DNA of 64,000 nucleotides from Bispira polyomma (Eukaryota): NCBI GenBank assembly GCA_965649765.1, contig OZ287755.1, positions 31,620,001 to 31,684,000 of the forward strand, read 5' to 3'. Shown piece by piece: positions 53,758 to 64,000 of this stretch (position 1 is its first letter; each line of letters starts with the position of its first letter). The notes under the pieces were generated by a model. It saw only the letters and a program-made list of their open reading frames with translations, ran no database searches and was not told where the DNA came from. The position numbers and the translations under genes were made by a program.

Positions 53758-54733
53758 CTAAGGGGCAGAGGGGATGATGGAGGCGAAAGTAAGTGAAACT
53801 ACAGCAGCTTGAGAGGAAGAACGCTGGAGATAGGCCCAGATGGCAGAACTACGCCACAGGCCGTGGGACATTATCTGCTGTAGGGAAACATTGTTGTTAA
53901 ATGCCAGGGATGCCCCCGACCTACGAAAAGTGTGGAAGCCATGGTAACTATGGTTCACCCCTATGTGCTGCAACACAGTTCTTAATGCAGTTCTAATATG
54001 GGAGTCAATGACTGGTAAGTGAGGGGGGAGGAAGCTACAAAAAGTGGATAAGTGGGGGAAAGTTCCCTAGACTGAATGAGATGAGTAAGGGCCAGAAAAG
54101 GACAAAGTGATTTATCTTTTAGGACAGGAAGTTGTACTACGAGTGTGTCAGTTCTGTTCTGCATGTTTTTGGCCCACTTGAGTATCAGATGAGCCCCAGG
54201 GTGGCCAAAAATAATGTCCTGTCTTAGCAGGTGCCTGGTAGGGTCAAATTTACTTCTTGAGTGGGGAGCAATGTTTGACATCCTTAAAAACCCAAAGAAT
54301 GCTACAAGAAATATGGCCCTGTATAAAATAGGGTCGTTTAGAATAGAGCAAGTTCTTGATATGTTCTGAAGTAATTGGATGTCAAAAATTCTCTTTTTGT
54401 GTGGTTTAAAATCAGACGAAAGTGCCACGCTTCTGAGAAACATGGACACAGAGTCGTGTGTTAACACCTGAGTGTTTAAGTTGTACTTAGAAAACATAAA
54501 CTTTAGAGCAGCCACGTAGTTGTTGACCACTTGAGGAGAAATGTTGTTTTTGGTGAGGTATTCTAGGAATGCCAGAATAGAGTGGACTGAGACCTGTTGA
54601 AGGCCAGAGTAATGTAGAAAAGCTAAATAAGTCTTGAACTGTGAGTTGTATGCACTGGTAGTTGACAGCCTGAGAGCTGAATCCAGTCGCTGTACGACTG
54701 CCAGAACCAGAGGTATAGTAGATGGTGCTGCAC
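53758..54733 (-). pseudogene. tyrosine recombinase of E6 (one frameshift near 54015)
   Basis: FLRMSN, KWAKN, HTFRRSGA, HGLWRSSAIWAY. Confidence 0.9.
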
Positions 54734-54739
54734 CTGTAA

Positions 54740-57370
54740 TTATATGACATAATTCAAATTAAAGAACTCTACAGGAATATGTTTCCAGTGATACTTATTC
54801 AGTTCTTTCATTATGCCTGTGTTGGGGGGATTATCAGAATAAATGTGTGATAAAGCGTCAGCCTTGACATTGCTTTTGCCCCTAATGTGTTTGATATTTA
54901 AAGTTATGTCGTAAGTGGAGGCTAATAGCCATATGTTTCTAATGCACGTGGCAAGAAAAGAGTCTTTGGTCTTACTAGTGTCAACGACTAACACCACAGC
55001 CAGATTGTCACACCAAACAGTGACTCTCTGGTGGGCCCAGTCCTTACCCCATAGCTTCAGAGCTATAATAATGTTCAACATTTCAAGATGAGTGATTGCT
55101 AAGGTTCTATTATATGTTATGTATTGGGGTGGCATATACTTCCTTATTCCAGATGCCGCCGAAGCACGTCAGGCACGCATCTAAGTGGAATTCTTGCACA
55201 TGTTTAATGTCCTTAGGTGCAATATATGTGATGCCATTGTACAGAGGGAGAACAGATATGAACCAAGCAATATCTTGTTTTATGTTGTGTGTGATTTTAA
55301 ATCTCTTAGCCTGTGGATTATCTCTAAAGACAGCAAGAAGTCTATTTACAAATATCCTGGCAGGACACATTTGTGGATATAGAGAAGTTTGCCTAACATT
55401 GATTGGTAGTTAGTTCTTGAGAGCCAGGATTTTTCCCTAATTGTGTGAAGTTCTTTGTAAATTTGGTTGATTTTTTCTTGGTTAATACTAATAGTTCCCT
55501 GCTTAATGTCAATATCTATGCCTAAAAAAGTTGTAAAGGTATCAGGAGAAACCGACTTATCATTATTAATGAGTAAACCAAGCTTCAGAAGTATGTCGTG
55601 AAGGAGGTTATAGCCTTTGTTTGCCTTGTCTTTAGTACAGACACAGGCGTAATCATCAATGTAACAGAATAGAGTATAACCTTGTGAATTCATATAATCA
55701 GCTATAATGTCTGAACAACGCTGAAATGCCGCACTGCCGTGGGCCCAGCCAAACGCCACGGCAGCGTCGACGTAGGAACTATCACCCCAGTTAATGCCTA
55801 GTTTGACTGCGTCAGCAGGATCAACTCTGAGATTCCTAAACATGCGGGAAACGTCTGTCTTAAATATAGCCTAGTATTCTCTATAGCCTCAGTGATGTGG
55901 TCTATGGAAGGAAATCTGAGAGCAAATTTAGTTTTGTTAAACGTGTCTCTGTGTATCTGACTGTTAACTGAGAGGTCCTGAGGAAATGACAGATTAAGGA
56001 TGATCCTGCGTTTATCAATGTCTTTAGGCCTAGTTAGTAGTGGTGAAGCATGGAAGTGTGGGTCTCTTATTCTAGGAACTGGGCCCAATATGGCACCCTT
56101 AGACTTTTCCTTTTCAAGATATTTGTGCACCTCCTGAGGGTATTGTAACGCAGAGTTTTCTAGTGAGAGGGGAAAACCAAACTTAAGGTATTGCAACAGA
56201 ATCTTATCATGATGCATCTTTAGAAGGTCTTCCCAAGCCTTAATATTGAGGCCGTAACTAAGAGGAATTCTGGCTTCCCTATAGTTGGGACCACCTGTAT
56301 TTCTGATTATACTGGCTATGTTTAACATGTCCTCAACAGTTGTAATATTAATCAGTTCCCTATCCGGGCCAACAAATTCAAAATCTGTTCTTGATAGTTT
56401 GATAAAACCTATGTCTTTGGTATTATCACAAATGTCAATTGCTTTGCTTTTGTTAGAGTGGCCATGACTCTTGTTGTTGTCAGTTAAACTTGTGAGATAT
56501 TCGTTGTTATGGTTGACCGACCAAATAGCCTGTTTGTGAGAAGAACGAACGGACGTGATATTTGCATTGTCTTTACCAGCAGTGGTGTCCGACATGGGTA
56601 CATTGTTACTGTCTCCAGTGGAATCACCACTATCAATAATGGCATCAATCAAGTTTTCAACGTGCTGTGTGTAATCACAGCCATACATGGCCTTACACTC
56701 CAGTCTCTGTTATGGTAATAATGTACGACTTTACCATCTTGCTTTTGGTCTAAAGTATACTGATTATAAGCCCAGTATGATTGGTCAATGTAAATAGTCA
56801 CTTCTGTGACAGATTTAATTTCCAGATAAGAATCAGGAACATGTATACACGGACTAAGAGAGTATGAACCGTCAGCCACATTAATGTGTTGATAACAGAA
56901 ACCTGAAGCCACAGGCATATTATGCACGTTTAGGTAAACCACATTGTCTGTACTATAAATGTCATCACTTAACCAATTACAAGTCAACATGGTAGCTGAA
57001 TATGCTATACTGTTAAGACCTGTATGGTTATTAATGTCATTGTCTTTGTAGATGCCATTGTAGTACATGGCCACTTCATTACAGTTCTGAGTATTTAACT
57101 CATTATGACCCAAATGCACTTTTGTGTCATTATGTTCTATTACATTACAGTCAATAATGTCCTCATACATTGGCTTTACTTTTTGGTCTACTTGAATACT
57201 AGCTAATTTCCTACTTTTATTTTAGAAATATTACTTTCTATATCAGAAATTACAGATTTATTGACTCTCTGCTGGTTATAAACTGAATTACTACAATAAC
57301 AAGTTATTATCTACACTATTGTTACACGATCGGCACTTTCTAATTGTTCGTTTGTTTAGTCGTTGACAAA
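54740..57370 (-). pseudogene. pol (spacer, RT, RNaseH) of E6, frameshifted
   Basis: SPLLTRPK, AFGWAHGS, CYIDDYA, HLDACLT, CDNLAVV, NVKADALS. Confidence 0.9.
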
Positions 57371-57374
57371 ACCC

Positions 57375-58559
57375 CTATATCTTATTAGGATGAGATTGGT
57401 TGGATTTCGATGCAATGCTCTTCTCACACTTTGCAGCCGAGTGAGAGATGTCCTTATTGAGCACTCTATGACAGTACGAGCATATGTGCCTGTACTGTAC
57501 GTGGTCGCCTTCCTGATGGCACTTGCCTAAGTTGTAGTACTTGCATAATAATTTCCCCTTCTGTGAATATCCGGAACCGCCTGTGACTGCCCCGGTGTTA
57601 GTCTTCTGACTGTTAAGCACTGTCAGCTGGGATACACTCATGCGGGTTAGGGCACATTGTGTGGCGTCCCTCCAATGAAGGCGCCCGTCCTCAACCTCCT
57701 GCATATTAGCAGCCCACGCAGCCCTAACTGCAGGCCATGGGAGAGAAACCGCGTCTTTAAGTGAATGCATAACTTGGTCTAACATCTGTCTTAATAATGT
57801 CTGGTCCTGAACTTGCGACACATTGAAGAGTTGGCCGGCTGCCCACTGGGGCAGTGTTAGGTCATCGAATGTCGGCCTTTTCTTACCGGCTACTCCGCTG
57901 CAACCCTCGTTTGGCCTTCTCAGTTGGGGGTCGGCATTAGCAATGTCAGTGGTATTGTAACGGCCTGATATTTGTCTCAAAAGGGGCTTACCTTGCGTCA
58001 ACTCAGTTCTCAGCTGGGCGTCGTAGCTAGCCAGGTGGTGGTTGACGGCCGCGGTCACTTCTGGCAGTGATCTCAACACGTCCACTTTGGGAATGATTCC
58101 ATCCCTCTGGTAATCATGATGTGACGCGACTCTGGGTATACTGTGTACTCCCTGAGGGTAAGCAGGGTCACGAGTGTGTTCCCTGACAGGCGCCGGTAAA
58201 GCGAAATCCCCCGTCTGTCTCTGGTCAGCCAGGGTACCGTTCCTAGAAGCAGATGGAGATCCGAGAGGGGTGGAACTATATGACCCACGCGATTCGACTC
58301 TGTCCAGCCGTTTATGGATCTGCGAGTTGGCCGTTTCCAGCTTCTGTAACATTGCAAAGACATCCCCGAGTCCGGCTTGATTAGGGACAACCGGCTCAGG
58401 TTGGACGATTGCTGTATCAGCGAGCAGCCCTTGCAAATTAAGAGCTAAGGGGTCCGACACGTTAGCAGAAGCACCTGTCTTATTAGTAGGTTTCCTTGTA
58501 GAAGCACGTTTTTTCCCCTTCATTGGTACACTAAGAGGTGTCTTAGTTGACTTGCCCAT
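57375..58559 (-). CDS. gag-like ORF1 of E6 (open, from MGKSTK)
   Basis: Open frame with WPAVRAAW and C-terminal CKYYNLGKC..H and CSYC..H..C fingers. Confidence 0.85.
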   Translation of the reverse strand: MGKSTKTPLSVPMKGKKRASTRKPTNKTGASANVSDPLALNLQGLLADTAIVQPEPVVPNQAGLGDVFAMLQKLETANSQIHKRLDRVESRGSYSSTPLGSPSASRNGTLADQRQTGDFALPAPVREHTRDPAYPQGVHSIPRVASHHDYQRDGIIPKVDVLRSLPEVTAAVNHHLASYDAQLRTELTQGKPLLRQISGRYNTTDIANADPQLRRPNEGCSGVAGKKRPTFDDLTLPQWAAGQLFNVSQVQDQTLLRQMLDQVMHSLKDAVSLPWPAVRAAWAANMQEVEDGRLHWRDATQCALTRMSVSQLTVLNSQKTNTGAVTGGSGYSQKGKLLCKYYNLGKCHQEGDHVQYRHICSYCHRVLNKDISHSAAKCEKSIASKSNQSHPNKI

Positions 58560-59230
58560 GTTTATACTAAAATCTTTGCAGTAAAAGCACACTGTAACAC
58601 TTTGTATTTCGAATTTAAAATTTTCCAATGTTTACTGTTGCACACTTAAATCCAATATGGTGGAATAAGCAGGGGAGCAAATAAGTAAAATAAGGGGGGC
58701 CCCTGATTGGTAGCCACAAAGGGATAGAGAGAGGAAAGGAGAGTATACCTATGCTAATTAAGGTAGGGATAAAATTAGAAGAAAGGGGGGTTTAGGAACT
58801 GAACTATCAGACCCCTGTAGGGTCGTGATATGCATATTGTATGTCTATGGAATATCAACACTGTCGTGGGAACACTGCAGTAATTAATGATTATACTTTT
58901 CAACATTCCTATTTTTTAATAGTCTATATTTGTATGTAATGTTTATATCTGTTTTCTTGTTATTGTCTTCTTTTTGTCTGTGATAGTTTTTTGTCTGTAT
59001 TAAAACTTGTAAATCCGGCTTGTAATTTTTGCAATCAATTCAATTTAATGTTGTATAAAAAAGATATTAACAAAAATTACAAATATATTGTTAACTGAAA
59101 TAATGCTACAAATGAAGTGACAATAAAGAGTACCTGGAATACATGAATACGTTTCCATTATTTAAGTTGTAGTGGTCCTCACTGGTAAGATAAGGATCAA
59201 CAATTATGTCTCATGTATTTTTTTTGTCAG

Positions 59231-59990
59231 TAATAAAACCTGGCATGTGTCCAAAAATCAAACCTGGAGATTTGGGTACCTGTGCTTTTTCATGTTCAAA
59301 TGACCAGAGCTGTGAGGGTGACAAGAAATGTTGTCTTACTGCGTGTGGAGGCACCGAATGTACAGGTAATAATGTATTTAACATTTAATATAAAATCACC
59401 TAGACGACTATAAGTCACACTTCTGCAATTCAAATAGAGGTACTTAAAGGTTCAACAGCAAGTATTATGGGCATCTGCCACCAGGGGATCAAATGAATAT
59501 TCAGGTTTCTCGATAGACACTGGACTTCAACACAATTTAAATTAACTTGTATACCAGCCCTTTAATCTTTGTTACAAACTCAGAACCACATTCAAGGCTG
59601 TAGTCACTCAACAGGCGTCCTACCTCGTTTCCCTTCTCTCCTTCAGTAATCTCGGCGGTGGTCCCAAATCAAGTTAATTGAGGAGTAACTCTACAAATAG
59701 CATTGGTAACTATTTCGGTAATATATGATAACATTAATTTTATTAATGTTAATATGTACCACTGTAGAATTATATTTTTATACTTAATTTCAGCCCCAGT
59801 TTTTTTGTGTGAAGATAATCCTAAATGGATTTCTAAGAAGCTAACAAAGAAAAACAAGTGTAAGCCCTACAAGTGTAGCTGTGAAAGAATACTGGAAAAG
59901 GGTCAACGTCAAATGAAGAGGGTCTGTAAGAGAGATACCAATGGTGCCAAGAAAAACTGCTGCAAAACCTGCAGAAATCTGGGATTCTAA
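59231..59990 (+). CDS. WAP gene copy C: WAP exon 59231-59365, PLAC-like exon 59794-59990; own signal exon deleted near 53311
   Basis: VIKPGMCPKIKPGDLGTCAFSCSNDQSCEGDKKCCLTACGGTECT; terminal exon nearly identical to copy A; splice sites intact. Confidence 0.8.
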
Positions 59991-60086
59991 AACTATGTCT
60001 GTGAACATTTTTCAGCTCTATTTTTTCAGCTCTATTTCAAGTTACTAATTATCAATGGAGTGTGTGTACTGCAAGCCTCTCCTTTA

Positions 60087-60504
60087 TGACCTGGTCACAC
60101 CTACACGTATTATCGTCCCAAAACATGGCTGCTGAAAATGTAGTAGTTCTTGAGGTTGTGATGTTGCAATACATAACTGCTACTGATGCTTGTGACGTTT
60201 GTGTCACGTTTTGATGACGAATCTGCCACAGATATACCAAAACAGTGACATCACTGCGTACTACTAGGAACAGCTACTTACTGCCACGTTTGTGCTACTT
60301 ACTACCACGTTCTCGAGAACGTGGATAAACGGAGAGCTCTGTCGCGATTGTTTCAAACAGTTTAAATACGATGATATTGTATTCGGAACAATATCATCAG
60401 TCGCACAACGTAACAAGACAATCACAGAAGGTAACCCCACTTTCCACTACGTTTCAAAACGTGACACAAACGTAGCCCTAGAACGGAAAGGTGTGACCAG
60501 GACA
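60087..60504. mobile_element. PIF/Harbinger-type MITE
   Basis: TIR TGACCTGGTCACACCT / AGGTGTGACCAGGACA, TTA TSD; absent from the paralogous site near 41030. Confidence 0.9.
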
Positions 60505-61911
60505 TTAGGAAGAGGACCAATATGGTTTCTTAATCTGAGTAAATTAAGCTGCTTTTGCAGATCTATACTATCTATACCTGGTCAGTAGCTATTTCAGTTG
60601 TCCAACCCAAAGATCACCACAAATGTTACTTTAAACTTAAATAAATATGTTTTCCTCTTTTTCTGTAATATTAATAATGGGGAAACAGAAATGATGTCAT
60701 AACATTATGTGTCTATCTGGTTTGGGAGTTGATCTCACACAAATGTCTATCTTCTTACTCAAAAGAGTGAAACTATGTTTTAAAAGGGACCTTCTATTTG
60801 ATGAAGACAGATTGTTCCTTCATGGACAACAAATGCCTCTGAATGATGCACATCATTCGTATTCATATGTGTATACTCAATGTAGTATCTCCTGACTTCT
60901 AGTGGCTTAGTGCCTAAGATGATTGGAAGGTTGGACTCCCTTTAATGCTATAATGGTTAATACAGTATAGCTTCCTTGGGCAAGATGTAAAGATACCATT
61001 GCCAACTATTGATGACCTCAATGCTGTATTGTGACTTAAAAAATAAAATAATGTGACACCAATAACTTACATTCCACTAATTGAAGACATAATGACAAGA
61101 ATTTGGGATTTATACTCTGTTTAGATATTAAATATACTGGCATATATGAAGTCCTCATATGCATTTACAGGAATACAAGCAAATTATGTTTAATAGGAAA
61201 ATATGTCAGGTATGCGTCCAGTGTATTGCAGAAAAACATTTCAAAAGACACATGATAAAAATGTCTCTGTCTTACTAAGCACAGATGTATCTGATATATT
61301 AATACAGCTTTGTGTGTATAGGCTTTATCATTAAATACTGAAAGATTTTGTACAATGTACTCATGCAAAACTGAATATGACAACAGTTTCTGAATACACA
61401 ATGCTCTATTCCAAAACTAATCCAGATACACCTGTATTTGTATAAAATACAAATGATAAGTGAGTGATAATTATTACAATAAATTAAAGTTACATGAGAA
61501 GTATAGGTTATAGTTAAATGGTTTGGTTGTTGTTGTTAATAGAAGATTACCTACATTAAGCCAAAACCTGAAAGGTAAACCACAGACCCACAAAACGTAG
61601 CTGACATACTTTTTCTAATAAAGGAACTCGTGGGATATTGGATCACTCTCCTTAGAGGTGAGATGTAAGTGATACCTATACTACTCATCACTGTCAAGAA
61701 GGCAGTCCTATTTATATAAAGAGTGCTTTCCATTACACTGTCCTGCCATTTTGAGTTCAGTCCATAGATGTGAGATAAAAGGTCATTTAAGTTTAGCTCA
61801 AATCTAGATGGGTGATCAGTTGATCAGACAGTGAATTAATTAGTTAGAACATTTATTATTGTACACGATAGTGTATATATGCAATGTTACAGATAAAATT
61901 ATTGCTGAATT

Positions 61912-61965
61912 ATATAACCTAAACAGGTACTAGAGTGGACGTTAAATATTCAAATTCAAATTCAA
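61912..61965 (+). mobile_element. SINE family 1, 3' fragment
   Basis: ATATAACCTAAACAGGTACTAGAGTGGACGTTAAATA followed by (TTCAAA)n. Confidence 0.8.
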
Positions 61966-61988
61966 GTTTCAAACATATTCCAGGCAAT

Positions 61989-63174
61989 ATGGTTGCTGCT
62001 ATCTTGCTTTTGTTTCTTTGTGTTGGATTTCATACCCTAGGTAAGTACCAAAAATTATGTATGCTTACGTTGTGTGACTGATGACATAATATTTTGTTAT
62101 TGTTGGCATGAACTTAAAAATCATTCATATCATTATTCTGATTATTAGGTTACACTTGTAATGAAAGGATGTAACAACTGTTCAATATTATAAATTTGAT
62201 AATTTAGAAATATGTCTTTTTTTCTGTGAAAACAAAATGATATACTTATTCAAGTTTGTGGCTCAGAATTGAAGCGTATCATTGAGAGAAGTCAATTATC
62301 ATGTATGTCTTAGTTTTATTCTGAATAAATTGACATGCTTGCTAAAAATGTGCTGCATACTTATCATAGATTTACTATTTGGTCTTCGTTTATTTGTCTC
62401 CCCTCATTAGTCTCCTTAATAATTTCTGCACTGAGACACGGATTACATGCTTCAGAAAAAGCTCAAAACACATTTGTATGCACTAGCTTTTCGGCCTTAA
62501 TTTTCGACTCCTGGTCACGACTGAACTCCGATCACAAACCTTTTCTCCTATCGGACTATTCTTTTTCTTACTGATTAGGATGCGCACCACAGAGGATGCC
62601 TGGTCATCTATGGTGGTGCTATAGAAGTGAAAACATTCACATTACTAATGATACTTATATTCATGTATGGCTGAAGAACAGTTTCATATCAAACAAGTTG
62701 TATAGTTGATTTTGTTAATAATATTTAACTGTGTTAATTGTTGACAAAATTGTAAACATGTTTTGACCCTGTTAAAACATTGGATTTAACCTAGTTTTTT
62801 CATTTGTGTCATATCTCGACGAGCAGTTCACTGATGGAGAAAATTGTGACATGCATGATAGTTGGTTAAGGTTTTTTTACTATGCAAAGCCCGGACTTTA
62901 GCAAATTTACTGTCAAATATTTGCACGTACTCAACAAAGCCAACATTTTAACCCTATGATGGCTTGAAAGTAATTTTATTGCAAATAAAATATATTTAGG
63001 CCAATTTATTACACGTTCCAGTGCATCTAGATGGATCTGACGATGACTGTCCATTATTTCCTCATACCTTCTGGTTATCTTTGAAGAGTCAATGTAAAAA
63101 TGTTAAGGACTGTCGATACGGAGAGGTGTGCTGTAAAAGGGCCTTTGGGACTAAAGTCTGTATAAAGAAGAGTA
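61989..63174 (+). CDS. WAP-like gene copy D (partial): signal exon 61989-62040, 6-Cys WAP-like exon 63022-63174
   Basis: MVAAILLLFLCVGFHTL + VHLDGSDDDCPLFPHTFWLSLKSQCKNVKDCRYGEVCCKRAFGTKVCIKKS; TTCCAG acceptor, GTAAGT donor, phase 1-1. Confidence 0.72.
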
Positions 63175-64000
63175 GTAAGTAGGTTCTTAACTTACCTCTG
63201 AGATGTGAACACGCCATTGCCTACGTATGACAACCCAAGGTTGTTGTTAGGCGCCACCAACTCCTTTAAACTATCCATTTTGGAGAATGAGTGCTTTAGA
63301 GGATATTATCAATGGGATGCTATAAAAAACTTCCCCAGTAATGACTTCCTCCAATACATATAATATATATATATAATTTGTATGCTCTGAGGTAGTTGAT
63401 TTCAGCTGAAAGACAAATACATGTATTCACAAATATTGTTATTCATAAATATTTGTCCCAATCAGCTTGATTGGCTAAAATATTGTTTCAAACAATCGGA
63501 TTGGCTGAGCCTAAAGAGTTATAAGAATTGTAGACTAAGAAAGTTTGTGAATACGGCCCCAGATTAAACTTTTTATCTAGAATGAGTTTAAACTTGTTAG
63601 TCTAATTGGTTGAGCCTAATGTTCAGGTCACACTGTGGTGCATTATCAGTGCAAATCTAGGCAAATTCCATTTTTTCGGGAGATTTTTAACCGGGTGGCA
63701 CCAAGAATAGAAGAGTAGAATATCTGGTACAGAAAGACCATCATCCTTGGGTGCAAACTTGCCATCACCATACCTATCCTAGCCACAGAGATTTACAATT
63801 CGCCATCAGTCACCCAGATACTCACAGCACCCTCTTCTATGTGGGACCTGGACATAAGGAATTATGAGAATTGTATTCTAAGAATGTTTGTGGATGCAGA
63901 CTCAGATATAAGTTTTCAAGTAGAATTAGTCAACACTTGTTGTTACCGATAAACAACCCACTGAAAATGTTCATTTATGCAGAATTTTTGGATATGCAAT

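Larger units (their letters stand above)
53590..58834 (-). mobile_element. YR retrotransposon E6 inserted in intron 1 of WAP copy C
   Basis: The flanks rejoin to match the empty paralogous site at ~39757-39800 with no TSD; gag, RT (YIDD), RH and YR present. Confidence 0.93.

Noticed and set aside
51-54530. Phage integrases or a prophage
   Set aside because: YR ORFs are linked to gag and RT/RNaseH in intron- and SINE-containing eukaryotic DNA.

Overview
AT-rich eukaryotic (invertebrate) genomic DNA. The SINE type hints at a mollusc or other lophotrochozoan, but the host is not identifiable. There are two main components. (1) Six divergent tyrosine-recombinase (YR) retrotransposons of the DIRS order, Ngaro/PAT-like, organised gag - RT/RNaseH - YR: E1 1-~1612 (+), E2 ~8705-14162 (+), E3 15401-~20860 (-), E4 23200-29113 (+, full split direct repeats A1-ORFs-B1-A2-spacer-B2), E5 ~46241-49250 (-) and E6 53590-58834 (-). 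(2) A tandem family of small secreted Cys-rich genes (signal exon + WAP exon + cationic PLAC-like exon) at 39-63 kb. Also present are a degraded L2/CR1-type LINE, an Academ-like DNA transposon relic, a Harbinger transposase relic, MITEs and two SINE families. The main result of the hunt is a conserved expression architecture across the YR elements. A phase-1 GT donor lies at the same Gly codon of gag and a phase-1 AG acceptor lies just after the pol stop, predicting a spliced Gag(N)-YR fusion protein (an uninterrupted 517-aa frame in E3). A -1 frameshift signal (A_AAA_AAC + stop + hairpin) lies at the gag/pol junction. All coordinates were read by eye; those marked ~ are approximate.
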